Part shown: positions 46,894 through 56,325 of the stretch, piece after piece | How positions within the stretch are numbered: position 1 is the first letter of the stretch | Layout: the number at the start of each line of letters is the position of its first letter | Assembly (NCBI GenBank): GCA_027623015.1 | Contig: JAQBVR010000002.1 | Location: 6,258 to 70,257, forward strand | Reading direction: 5' to 3' | Length of the DNA: 64,000 nucleotides | Source of the DNA: a bacterium | GTDB lineage: Bacteria; Patescibacteriota; Gracilibacteria; Peribacterales; Peribacteraceae | Program-made: the position numbers and the translations under genes | The notes under the pieces: model-generated | What the model was told of the DNA's origin: nothing | Databases searched by the model: none | Seen by the model: only the letters and a program-made list of their open reading frames with translations

Positions 46894-48168
46894 TTAGACG
46901 AGTAAATCAAAACGTTCACCCGGTTTCGGGATCAAATTTTTGTTTTGATACAGAGCAAGTGCTTGCAGAGCGAATGCCGTGGCCCAGAAGTTCACATGCT
47001 CATGCGTCTTACTGTAAGCGATACCTCCTTTCTCTGAACCATTATCCGCGTTCGACTGGTAGCGCAGAAGTATATCCTTCAGTTGCTTGAGTTTCTCGTC
47101 ATTGGAATAGAGAAGCCCCATGCGCAAAACCTGCGCGATGACATCAGATCGCTGGAAGTTGCTGAACTGGCCTGTAGCCGGATAATAGACCTCATTGATT
47201 CCATTTTGGTCCACATGTGCCAGCGCCCACTCAGTCGCCTTCCTTGCTGCTTCGATGAACTCCTGTTTTCCGAAAACCGAACCGGCATAGGATAGTCCTT
47301 CAATTGCGTAACAGTGAGGATGCAGATGTGTGCAAAGCGATGCATCATCCGTCACGAATCTTCCGCTGCCATCTTGCTTTGTCAGTGCGTAATCGCACGC
47401 TCTGATAGCCGAATCCTTGTACTGCTCATCTCCAGTCAGCTCATACATATTCGTCAGACCGATGGCATTTTTTGCATGGAAGCTGCCAGATTGAGTAGAC
47501 CACTTCTTCGTGGAGTTTGGCACTTCTCCGGTCTTCTCATTGTAAATTGCCATAAACGACCCATCCGGCTTCTGCATGGTATTCACGAGGAAGTCCGCCA
47601 TCTTTCTAGCCTCGGTCAGGTATCGTTCATTATGAGTAGCTTTGTATAGATTGGTGAACCCATCCAGCACCATTGCCGTATCGAAGGAGAAGACATTGCC
47701 GCCTGAGAATGATGTGTGCTCATCTACTGCCTTGTCATCAATGAAATAGCGGGTCTTCACACCGCCGCACTCGCTCATCGCTTTTTGCATGAGCCAGTCA
47801 GCAGCTTTTTCCGCTTGGCGGAGGTATTGCTCATCTCCATAGAGCTTGTAGAGATAGAGGAAAGTGGTAATGGCGTACCCCGTGATTTCCGAATACAGGT
47901 AGCTATGCTCGTTCTTCTCCGCATCGTACCAGGCATAGACGCCGCCATCCGGCGATTGGATTTCCGAATGAGCCATCCACTCCGCGATGGCCTTCACGGG
48001 ATCGTGTTCTAATCGTTCTTTGGTTCCGATTGCTGTTGCCTGAAGAACGCTACTGATTACCTGCCCCGGCTCTGCGATAGAGCTAGTTCTATTTGCTGCT
48101 TGAGGCAAGATTTCCGCTACATTCTCCTCTTTCCCTGTTTGTTGTTTATCAGGAAGCATACTTGACAT
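46894..48168 (-). CDS. (alpha/alpha)6-barrel six-hairpin glycosidase/epimerase-like protein
   Basis: Repeated LY..TGDE.YL..A...A.WL...Q..DG motifs; YSEITGY. Confidence 0.72.
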   Translation of the reverse strand: MSSMLPDKQQTGKEENVAEILPQAANRTSSIAEPGQVISSVLQATAIGTKERLEHDPVKAIAEWMAHSEIQSPDGGVYAWYDAEKNEHSYLYSEITGYAITTFLYLYKLYGDEQYLRQAEKAADWLMQKAMSECGGVKTRYFIDDKAVDEHTSFSGGNVFSFDTAMVLDGFTNLYKATHNERYLTEARKMADFLVNTMQKPDGSFMAIYNEKTGEVPNSTKKWSTQSGSFHAKNAIGLTNMYELTGDEQYKDSAIRACDYALTKQDGSGRFVTDDASLCTHLHPHCYAIEGLSYAGSVFGKQEFIEAARKATEWALAHVDQNGINEVYYPATGQFSNFQRSDVIAQVLRMGLLYSNDEKLKQLKDILLRYQSNADNGSEKGGIAYSKTHEHVNFWATAFALQALALYQNKNLIPKPGERFDLLV

Positions 48169-48190
48169 TTTACACTATTTAACATATTAT
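48162..48190 (+). promoter_or_regulatory. Sigma70 promoter
   Basis: TTGACA-N17-TATTAT. Confidence 0.6.
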
Positions 48191-48350
48191 GTCAATGTGC
48201 AGTCCACGGATTGCACTTCGTTCCTTCAAATGTTGCACAAAAACCTTCTCCCTTTTTGGGTTCTTTCCTATCAGAGAATCTAAAAGGGAGAAGGCATACC
48301 GCCAAGCTCCGAATCTCGTGCCCTTCCATGGGCAAGAAAGGACAATTGTC

Positions 48351-48872
48351 ATGAAGAAGCTCCTCTCTTTCGACGCCGAGACCAATGGGCTGTGGGGCAA
48401 GACGTTCGCCATCGGCGCTCTCGTCTACGACGAGAATGGCGTCGAGGTGGCCCGCTTCGTCGGTCGGCTGCCGGACACGGAGGTCACCGACAACTGGGTC
48501 AAGGAGAACGTCCTGCCGCAGATCACCGGGATCACCGTCACCCACGACACATACGAGGCGCTCCTCGCCGACTTCGCGGTCTTCTACAAGGCCAACAAGG
48601 AAGGTGCGGACGTTCTCGTACACATGGGGTACATCGTGGAGGCGGGTTTGCTCCGCGACATGCACTCCAACGGCGTCATCGGCGACTGGGACGGTCCCTA
48701 CCCGATGCTCGACGTGTCGGGCAACCTGCAGCAGGCAGGCGAAGACCCGACGTCGGTCGACAGCTACATGAAGAAGTACGAGCTGTCGGCTGGAGAGTTC
48801 GAGGGCGGAACGCACAACCCGCTCTACGACTCCGCGGTCGCGGCGGTCGTCTACCGCCACCTGCGGAACTAG
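48351..48872 (+). CDS. DEDDh 3'-5' exonuclease (RNase T/Rv2179c-like), high GC
   Basis: SFDAETNGL (ExoI), WVKENVLP, HNPLYD (ExoIII), SD GAAAGGA, strong G/C at third codon positions. Confidence 0.8.
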   Translation: MKKLLSFDAETNGLWGKTFAIGALVYDENGVEVARFVGRLPDTEVTDNWVKENVLPQITGITVTHDTYEALLADFAVFYKANKEGADVLVHMGYIVEAGLLRDMHSNGVIGDWDGPYPMLDVSGNLQQAGEDPTSVDSYMKKYELSAGEFEGGTHNPLYDSAVAAVVYRHLRN

Positions 48873-48900
48873 AGCCTGGCTGGTTCACGCGCAACATTTC

Positions 48901-48942
48901 AGCCTCAGTGACTCCTTCGGGAGTTGCTGGGGCTATTTTTTT
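48901..48942 (+). terminator. Intrinsic terminator
   Basis: AGCCTCAGTGACTCC-TTCG-GGAGTTGCTGGGGCT followed by a T-run. Confidence 0.8.
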
Positions 48943-49012
48943 GTGGATAGATTGAATTTGTATCAGGCAGCATGTGTCCTTAAAAGCAAGTTTGAGATAG
49001 GATTTGTTTTAC

Positions 49013-49480
49013 ATGAGCATTAAGAATCAACTTCAAGATGTGCACAGTCGCATCATGGCAGCCGATAGGTCCGAAGACCTAAAAAAATTGCTGCCATTTG
49101 AGCTTCTGCCTCTTATTGAAGAAAACGACATCCTCAACAAGTTCTTCACAGAGCATCTTGAGTACTACGAAAAACTTTCAAAGGACAAGAAGTACCTCGA
49201 TCTCATCAAGGAAATCCACGATTTGATGAGGCAGCTGCATGAAGTGATTGACCCTTCGAGACTTCCAGACTCTCCCCGATTGCTCGCGCCAAAGCGCGAA
49301 GATCCGGAAGATGAACCATGGATTCCGATGAAAGAGCTTCATGCCATGCTTATTGATGAAAAATCATGGTGGTACTTGGGAGGTGTGACAATTATGTCTG
49401 TTGAGGACTCCGTGAAATGTCCGTGGAATCCTATTATTAGACAGTACGAGATTGCCTTAGGTCTAGTGAGAACGTGGTGA
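49013..49480 (+). CDS. Hypothetical protein, probably truncated at the IS remnant
   Basis: The ORF ends where transposase homology begins. Confidence 0.5.
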   Translation: MSIKNQLQDVHSRIMAADRSEDLKKLLPFELLPLIEENDILNKFFTEHLEYYEKLSKDKKYLDLIKEIHDLMRQLHEVIDPSRLPDSPRLLAPKREDPEDEPWIPMKELHAMLIDEKSWWYLGGVTIMSVEDSVKCPWNPIIRQYEIALGLVRTW

Positions 49481-50029
49481 AGAACCTGCTCATGGAAACA
49501 GAGCTGGAGAGACCGAACCACATCTGGGTCACGGACTTCACGCACATCGACTGGGGCAGTACCAAACTCTATTTCTGTACGATGATGGATCTCTTTACGA
49601 GGAGAATTGTAGGATTCTCTGTGCTGACGAATCACAGCGTACAGCTCATCATCAATGCGCTCTTTTCTGCCATCCACAAGCATCCTCCTACGGAGATTCT
49701 GCATTCAGATCGAGTGAGTGAATACACCGGCAAAGATATGAAGATGGTTCTCTTCTGTCTTGGAACAGCGCAATCCATAAGTGCCGCAGGATGCCCGTGG
49801 GAGAACGGCTACCAAGAATCCTTCCACAACCAGTTTAAGATTGATCTGGGTGACCCAAACAGATGTTCTTTTTTGGAGAGCTGGTGTACGAAATCTACCG
49901 TTTGATCTATGTGTATAACACTTCACGGATTCACTCTGCTGTAAAGATGCCACCACAGGCGTATGCACTGCAGTATCAAACCTCTCAATTTCTCTTAGAA
50001 AAAGTGTCCGACGAAAGGGGTACTTGACA
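49474..50029 (+). mobile_element. IS3-family remnant: frameshifted integrase-core transposase plus right terminal inverted repeat
   Basis: RPNHIWVTDFT, DLFTRRIVG, ILHSD, GCPWENGYQESF; ends ...GTGTCCGACGAAAGGGGTACTTGACA. Confidence 0.85.
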
Positions 50030-50161
50030 CTCCGTACTAAGTGAACGAAGTTTGTCTTGGGTTTTTGCTGAAGTCTCAGCATTGCGATTTCTTTGATTTC
50101 TTCCACAGCTATACTAATAGATTACATGGTCTTTAAAGCAATATGGTCTTAATATAAGACC

Positions 50162-51241
50162 ATGAAACCGCAGTACAAAACCATCGTAGTAAAGATTGGG
50201 ACAAATGCTCTTCTTGCAGAAGATGGTACAGTGCACACTAAGCGAATTGTCAGCATTGCTAAACAGATTATCCATTTGCGTAAAAACGGTGTGAAAGTGA
50301 TTTTAGTCTCCTCTGGAGCTATGGGCTGTGCGAGAGCTCTCATTTCACCGTCTAAAGCTCGAAGTCCTGTAGAGGAAAGGCAGCTTCTGGCTGCAGTTGG
50401 CCAAGTAGAGCTTATGTTAGCTTACAAAAAAGCATTTAGTACTAGTGGTATCACTGTTGCACAGGTCCTAGCTACCAAAGATGATTTTCGTAGCCGAGGT
50501 CACTACCTCAATATGAGGCAATGCTTTGAGATACTACTCAAAGAGGGCGTTGTACCTATCGTAAATGAGAATGATGTAGTCTCTGTAGAAGAACTGATGT
50601 TTACCGACAACGACGAATTGGCAGGACTTGTTTCTTCTATGATGCAGGCGGATGCTCTTATCATGCTGACATGTCTAGATGGAGTCATCGCAGAATCCAG
50701 TGACAGTAAAACTCAAAAGATTATAGATGTTATCGATCCTAGTAAGACTATCGATGCTATTGAGTGTAAGGGGAAGTCCTCGTTTGGTCGTGGTGGCATG
50801 GAAACAAAGCTTCATGTCGCTAAAAATGTTTCTTCTCTTGGTATCACTACCCACATCGTCAATGCCGCTACTTCTGACATTCTTGGACGCATCGTCTCCG
50901 GAGAAAAGATAGGGACGACCGTTCTCCCAAAAAAAGTAAAACGCTCTAGTACCCAACGGTGGCTTGCAAGTTCTACGACTGCTAAGCAGGGTTCTGTCAC
51001 TGTAAATGGATGTGTCGCTGATGTACTCATGAGTGATAAGCCTATCAACTTACTTCCTATTGGCATACTCTCTGTTACTGGTGAGTTTGTGAAGGGCGAT
51101 GTGGTTTCTGTCTCTAGTCCGAAAGGCAAAGTGATTGGTATAGGAAAAGCGGGGTACGACAGTGCTAAACTACAGAAGGTCCTTGGAAAGAAAGGCCAAA
51201 CAGCATTTATTCGTTCTGCATACTTCGTTCCCCTCTCGTAA
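50162..51241 (+). CDS. proB: Glutamate 5-kinase
   Basis: VVKIGT, VSSGA, AAVGQ, PIVNEND, DNDELA, GRGGMETK, PUA domain. Confidence 0.96.
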   Translation: MKPQYKTIVVKIGTNALLAEDGTVHTKRIVSIAKQIIHLRKNGVKVILVSSGAMGCARALISPSKARSPVEERQLLAAVGQVELMLAYKKAFSTSGITVAQVLATKDDFRSRGHYLNMRQCFEILLKEGVVPIVNENDVVSVEELMFTDNDELAGLVSSMMQADALIMLTCLDGVIAESSDSKTQKIIDVIDPSKTIDAIECKGKSSFGRGGMETKLHVAKNVSSLGITTHIVNAATSDILGRIVSGEKIGTTVLPKKVKRSSTQRWLASSTTAKQGSVTVNGCVADVLMSDKPINLLPIGILSVTGEFVKGDVVSVSSPKGKVIGIGKAGYDSAKLQKVLGKKGQTAFIRSAYFVPLS

Positions 51242-51242
51242 C

Positions 51243-52028
51243 GTGATAAAAACAGCAATCATTGGCGCAGGAAACATGGGTAAGGCGTTCTACGACGGCA
51301 TTGCCTCAGATGATGTGCACCTCTGCGATCATAACGAAACAAATATCTCTAGCGTACCAGAGACCTGTCGTTTTACAGATGCTCTTAAGGCAACAGAGAA
51401 TGTCGAATGCATAATCTTGGCGGTAAAGCCTCAGTCGTTTACAGAGCTTATGAAAGAAGTAGGAGATGCATGGTCTAACAAATTTATCATTTCGATAATG
51501 GCTGGCATCTCACTATCTCAACTAGAGAAACTTACATCTTCCTCTCACATTGTTCGCTCTATGCCAAACCTTGGAGCGAAGATACAGCGAGGAATTACTG
51601 GTTGGTGTACGAGTGCTGATGTAACAGAAAGTGAACGTGCGCACATGGAGTCACTCTTCTCTGCCGTTGGTACCAACTTTGAGCTATCTTCCGAGGACGC
51701 CATAGATGCGTTTACAGTCATAGCAGGTTCTGGACCTGCGTATGTGTTTGGTCTTGCACAACTTCTGCAACAAAACGCAGTAAAGACACTTGGACTCAGC
51801 GAAGAAGATGCATCTCGGATAGCTACGGAAGTCATCGCTGCAGGTAGCCTCTTACTAGAAAAAGGAAATGTGAGTGCGTCTGAGTGGAGAGAGGCAGTTA
51901 CCTCTAAAGGTGGAGTGACTGAGGCTGCTCTACATGTCTTTGAGGAGAAAGGCCTTACAGACATATTTGATAGCGCCTTAGAGGCAGGTGCAGTACGATC
52001 TAAAGCCCTCTCAAGTGATAATGACTGA
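51243..52028 (+). CDS. proC: Pyrroline-5-carboxylate reductase
   Basis: IIGAGNMG, LAVKPQ, R.MPN, GSGPAY, VTSKGGVT. Confidence 0.95.
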   Translation: MIKTAIIGAGNMGKAFYDGIASDDVHLCDHNETNISSVPETCRFTDALKATENVECIILAVKPQSFTELMKEVGDAWSNKFIISIMAGISLSQLEKLTSSSHIVRSMPNLGAKIQRGITGWCTSADVTESERAHMESLFSAVGTNFELSSEDAIDAFTVIAGSGPAYVFGLAQLLQQNAVKTLGLSEEDASRIATEVIAAGSLLLEKGNVSASEWREAVTSKGGVTEAALHVFEEKGLTDIFDSALEAGAVRSKALSSDND

Positions 52029-53268
52029 TATAGAAACATCGTTGGCTAGTACAAAAGACGCGAGTCGCGCACTTGCATCCGTACCTGACGACAAGATCAA
52101 TAGTACTCTTCTCGCTCTTGCTGATGCTTTAGTTGAAAACACTAATGACATCCTCGAAGAAAATGCAAAGGACCTTGCTCGTATGGATAAAGAAGACCCT
52201 AAGTACGACCGCTTACTTTTGGATGCTGAAAGGATCTCTAGTATCGCCAGTGATATTCGAAATGTCGTCACTCTCCAGTCCCCTATCGGAAAAGAGCTTG
52301 TTACACGCACACTAGACAATGGATTAGAGCTTTCCAAGATCACCACTCCTATAGGTGTCATTGGTATCATCTATGAAGCTCGTCCAAACGTAACAGTAGA
52401 TGCGTTTGCTCTATGCTTTAAGTCTCGCAATGCTGTTGCCCTAAAAGGAGGAAGTGACGCTGAGTTTTCCAATAAGAAACTTGTCGACTGTATTCATACA
52501 GTTTTAAAAGAGTCTGGAATTTCTAAGAATGTGATCTACCTTCTCCCTCCAGATCGTGAGGCAGTAAAGGAATTACTCCATGCACAAGACTACGTTGATC
52601 TGGTCATACCAAGAGGTAGCCAAGCATTGATCAATTTTGTCCGAGCTGAGGCTACTGTACCGACTATAGAGACGGGCGCAGGTATCGTTCATGTCTACGT
52701 CGATAGTTCTGCAGATGTTCAAAAGGCTACGGACATCATTGATAATGCAAAAACACGCAGACCAAGTGTCTGCAATGCAGCCGATACTGTCATCATCCAC
52801 AAAGACCTTCTTACAAGCTTGCCTGCAATATGCTCACCTCTAGCAGCCAAAAGCGTTGAGATATTTGCAGATGCAAAGTCGCTTGCAGTTCTTACAGGTT
52901 CATACCCTGCTGAGCTACTTTCTCTAGCTACAGAAGATCACTTCGGTACAGAATTTCTTTCTCTTAAGTTATCTATCAAGACAGTAGATAGCCTGGATGA
53001 AGCACTTCAGCATATAGCCAAGTACTCCTCAGGTCATAGCGAGTCTATCGTCGCTGAAGACTCTGCTGCTATAGATACGTACCTTCAGCAGGTCGATGCT
53101 GCAGCTGTGTATGCAAATGCTTCTACATCCTTCACAGACGGTGCTCAATTTGGCCTAGGTGCTGAGATAGGCATCAGCACACAAAAGCTTCATGCAAGGG
53201 GCCCTATGGGGCTCGAAGAGCTCACAAGTTACAAGTGGGTCATCCGCGGTGATGGGCAGATTCGCTAA
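52021..53268 (+). CDS. proA: Gamma-glutamyl phosphate reductase
   Basis: IYEARPNVT, LKGGS, IPRGS, SVCNA, GAEIGISTQKLHARGPMGL. Confidence 0.97.
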   Translation: MTDIETSLASTKDASRALASVPDDKINSTLLALADALVENTNDILEENAKDLARMDKEDPKYDRLLLDAERISSIASDIRNVVTLQSPIGKELVTRTLDNGLELSKITTPIGVIGIIYEARPNVTVDAFALCFKSRNAVALKGGSDAEFSNKKLVDCIHTVLKESGISKNVIYLLPPDREAVKELLHAQDYVDLVIPRGSQALINFVRAEATVPTIETGAGIVHVYVDSSADVQKATDIIDNAKTRRPSVCNAADTVIIHKDLLTSLPAICSPLAAKSVEIFADAKSLAVLTGSYPAELLSLATEDHFGTEFLSLKLSIKTVDSLDEALQHIAKYSSGHSESIVAEDSAAIDTYLQQVDAAAVYANASTSFTDGAQFGLGAEIGISTQKLHARGPMGLEELTSYKWVIRGDGQIR

Positions 53269-53505
53269 AAGAGTGACCTTAGACCAAAAGAGGTAAAGTA
53301 TTTTTGGCTTCTAAAAGCCATAAAGTAGCTATTTACTTTTCATATTCTTCACGTATAGTGCCGCGGCTTAGTTTCTACTAAGCTCTGCTCTTTGACATCT
53401 TCTACAGATATATTGGCTTCCCCTTCTAGGGTTTGTACTTGAACTTTAGACAGGGGAGCCATTGTGGTTTCTATGGTTTTGACACTTTTCAAGGAAGAGA
53501 TTCTT

Positions 53506-53997
53506 ATGGATTCGTTTAGTTGGGCAGCAGCAGCAGTTGTCGATGTTTCTGCTGCTCTAGTACATGGCAAGAGAGACACTAGGATTTTCCACAGCGATGT
53601 ACTTTCATCGCCTACCGATCCTAATCGGGTTGTAGGTCTTCGTGACCTCCAGTTTCAGATGTTGTTTTCATCTTCACTTTCTTCCATCGACACAGAAAGA
53701 ATCGGATTATCAAGTAAGCTATCACCTCTCTCACTTCCAGTTTTGGCTCGAACGTCTGGGTCATTCGTCGATGTGAGTGTCAGAGGAGATGAGTCAATTG
53801 TCATTTTAACCCTTAGTAAATCAGGAGCACGCGGGAATTCGATCACATTCAAGTGCGTCGGAGGAGAATGGTCAGTTTTTATGATCGATCTTCACCAGTG
53901 CGCTTCGCACAAAGAGTTGCTCGATCCGATTCGGAGAATTTCCTCTATCTACCTCATTAAACACGAAGGATTTCAGAGGGCACTTCGCATAGTCTAA
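53506..53997 (+). CDS. Hypothetical protein in a stand-alone transcription unit
   Basis: Promoter-like TTTACT-N16-TATAGT, boxA-like TGCTCTTTGACA (53386-97), SD-like AAGGA and a downstream terminator. Confidence 0.55.
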   Translation: MDSFSWAAAAVVDVSAALVHGKRDTRIFHSDVLSSPTDPNRVVGLRDLQFQMLFSSSLSSIDTERIGLSSKLSPLSLPVLARTSGSFVDVSVRGDESIVILTLSKSGARGNSITFKCVGGEWSVFMIDLHQCASHKELLDPIRRISSIYLIKHEGFQRALRIV

Positions 53998-54023
53998 CTG
54001 CCTCTGTAGAAAGTCAAAGAGCA

Positions 54024-54059
54024 AAGCCCTGTCCGAGTATTCGGACAGGGCTTGCTTTT
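54024..54059. terminator. Intrinsic terminator, probably bidirectional
   Basis: AAGCCCTGTCCGA-GTAT-TCGGACAGGGCTT followed by Ts. Confidence 0.8.
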
Positions 54060-54068
54060 GTATACTCG

Positions 54069-55418
54069 TTATAGCTTCTTCAGAAACTCCTCCGCTTCTT
54101 TCTTCGTCGTAATCTCTTTTTGAATCTGAGCATCGTAGAGTTTCTTTAGTACTATACCTACTTTCTCTCCTGGTGGGATTCCCATAAGCTTCATAACATC
54201 ATCCCCTTTTAGAAGTGGCTTCGGTGGCAGAGGATGACTATCGAGGAAGTTATTGTAGTCTGCAATTATACTTTCGTAGAACTCAAATGAGGACCCTTCG
54301 GTTCCTGCTATGTCTAACCAGAAAAGTTGAAGGAGTTCTATAAACCACGGGTGGTAGTACCAGTGTGACTTTCTTTCATCATCGAGGTCTGCAAAGGTCC
54401 CCATCATCATATGGTGCCCTACAAGCCAACAAATCTTGTCTCTTTTGTCTGTACTGCATTGCAGCCTTTCGAGTACCGTCTTTGCTATCTCAGATCCAAC
54501 ATGTGCATGGTTGTTGAAGTGTATGCGATCATCATCGATGCTAAATGTATTTGGCTTACCTATATCGTGGAGTAGAGCAGCCCAGCGGATATCTATTGCA
54601 TGATCATCCGTAAATGCTCCAAGGATCTTGATAATGTGATTCCAAACATCTCCTTCCTCGTGCATGGCTGCAGGCTGTGCAACGCCTTTACAGGCATGGA
54701 GCTCTGGAATGAGATATTGAATAACATCAGTCTCCCACATATCTTCTAGGGCTATCTCTGGATGTGGACCGAGGAGTATCTTGCTGAGTTCTGTGTAACG
54801 GCGAAAGCCTGAGAGGATCTCTATGTCTTTACTTCTTTTATGTAGGGCTGCAAATGTACCTGGGTGGTATTGCCCATCTATTTGGGCTCGGAAGCGAATT
54901 GCTCTTAAAACCCGTAACGCATCGTGCTCTATCCTAGTTTCAGGATCGCCGATGAACCGTAAGAGCTTCTCATTGAGGTCTATCTCTCCACTGTATGGAT
55001 CGTAGAGTTCTCGAGAGATTGGATTCCAGTACATCGCGTTTATCGTGAAGTCTCTCCTGTGTGCGTCTTCATTTTTATCTGCAAACTCTACAGATTCGGG
55101 GAATCTTCCGTCACTAAGCTTGTGGTCTTTACGAAATGTTGTAACTTCTAAAGTTTGTCCTTTTAATGAAATAATAAGCGAACCAAGTGAAGCAGAAGTA
55201 TCATCGTATTTAGTAAGCAACTTCATTACGTCTTTTGGATGCGCGTCAGTAGAGATATCTATGTCCTCGGGTACTTGGGCCAGCATCATGTCACGTACGC
55301 ATCCTCCCACCCACCATGCTTCATATCCTGCGTCTAAGAGTGTCTCGACGACCTTGTATGCTTGCTCTCCTTGTGGAGTGAATAGTGTACGGTCGATGAT
55401 GTCTTGTGGTATTGGCAT
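54069..55418 (-). CDS. cca: CCA tRNA nucleotidyltransferase with an HD domain
   Basis: VGGCVRD, DIDI, EVTTFR, RRDFTINA, DALRVLRA.RF, LLHDIGK. Confidence 0.92.
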   Translation of the reverse strand: MPIPQDIIDRTLFTPQGEQAYKVVETLLDAGYEAWWVGGCVRDMMLAQVPEDIDISTDAHPKDVMKLLTKYDDTSASLGSLIISLKGQTLEVTTFRKDHKLSDGRFPESVEFADKNEDAHRRDFTINAMYWNPISRELYDPYSGEIDLNEKLLRFIGDPETRIEHDALRVLRAIRFRAQIDGQYHPGTFAALHKRSKDIEILSGFRRYTELSKILLGPHPEIALEDMWETDVIQYLIPELHACKGVAQPAAMHEEGDVWNHIIKILGAFTDDHAIDIRWAALLHDIGKPNTFSIDDDRIHFNNHAHVGSEIAKTVLERLQCSTDKRDKICWLVGHHMMMGTFADLDDERKSHWYYHPWFIELLQLFWLDIAGTEGSSFEFYESIIADYNNFLDSHPLPPKPLLKGDDVMKLMGIPPGEKVGIVLKKLYDAQIQKEITTKKEAEEFLKKL

Positions 55419-55440
55419 AGATGAATGATACACTACCATC

Positions 55441-56268
55441 ATGCTTCATTTTGCAGTTGCTGGAAATCCTATTTCTACTCCTGGTGCAGGTGGGACACTC
55501 ATTGGTCTAGAACATGCACACAGTATGGGTATCTCTGCTATGGAGATGGAGTGGGTACAACGTGTGCCTAAGAACCCTGAGCATATGGAAAAGATCCGCA
55601 AGATTTCTGAGTCACACAATATGTACCTCACGGTGCACGCTCCGTATTTTATTAACCTCAATGCCAAAGAGCCCGAGAAGCTTGCAGCTAGCAAAGTTCG
55701 TATTTGGGATGCTCTAGAGATGGCTGAACTTGCTGGTGCACATAGCGTCTGTGTCCATCCTGCTTTTTACTTGGGTATGGATCCAGTAGAAGTATTTGAA
55801 AACGTACGTACAGCTACAGCAGATATCATGAGCAAAAAAGATAAGCTTTTTCCACATGTAAACCTTGGATACGAGACTATGGGCAAAGTCACACAGTTTG
55901 GCTCTTTGGAAGAAGTCCTAAAGATCAGTAATGAATTTGGCATCTACCCAACTATTGACCCTGCTCATATGCATGCGAGGACAAATGGTGAATGGAATAC
56001 GACTGAAGAGTGGAACACGATGTTCGACATGTACGAGCTATACCTAGGGAAGGATTCTCTCAAGTCTGTTCACATGCACTACTCTGGCATCGAATACACA
56101 GAAAAAGGCGAGCGCAGGCATCAACCACTGAAGGAAAGTGACGCACGTTGGGAAGACTTCATTCAAGTGTTGATCGACAGAAAAATAGAAGGAACAGTCG
56201 TCTGTGAATCCCCTATCCAAGAGTCAGATACGTTGCTAATGAAAGCAGTATACGAGAAGCTTTCATAG
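55441..56268 (+). CDS. nfo: Endonuclease IV (AP endonuclease family 2)
   Basis: HAPYFINL, H.AFY, ETMGK..QFGSLEE, D.AH.HAR, H.HYSGIEY..KGE.RH, CESP. Confidence 0.88.
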   Translation: MLHFAVAGNPISTPGAGGTLIGLEHAHSMGISAMEMEWVQRVPKNPEHMEKIRKISESHNMYLTVHAPYFINLNAKEPEKLAASKVRIWDALEMAELAGAHSVCVHPAFYLGMDPVEVFENVRTATADIMSKKDKLFPHVNLGYETMGKVTQFGSLEEVLKISNEFGIYPTIDPAHMHARTNGEWNTTEEWNTMFDMYELYLGKDSLKSVHMHYSGIEYTEKGERRHQPLKESDARWEDFIQVLIDRKIEGTVVCESPIQESDTLLMKAVYEKLS

Positions 56269-56325
56269 CGTGTTGTAAATCGAAGACGAAACGGTATCAT
56301 GGTTGTACACTTCACCCCTACGATT

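Larger units (their letters stand above)
42957..50110. mobile_element. Accessory island integrated 3' of tRNA-Ile (mosaic and decayed)
   Basis: Compositional shifts, a duplicated tRNA-end/att arm at 44839, truncated genes and an IS3 remnant. No intact integrase is present. Confidence 0.7.

Noticed and set aside
48192-48955. Long overlapping and antisense ORFs over the nuclease
   Set aside because: These are artefacts of high GC3 in the real + strand gene.
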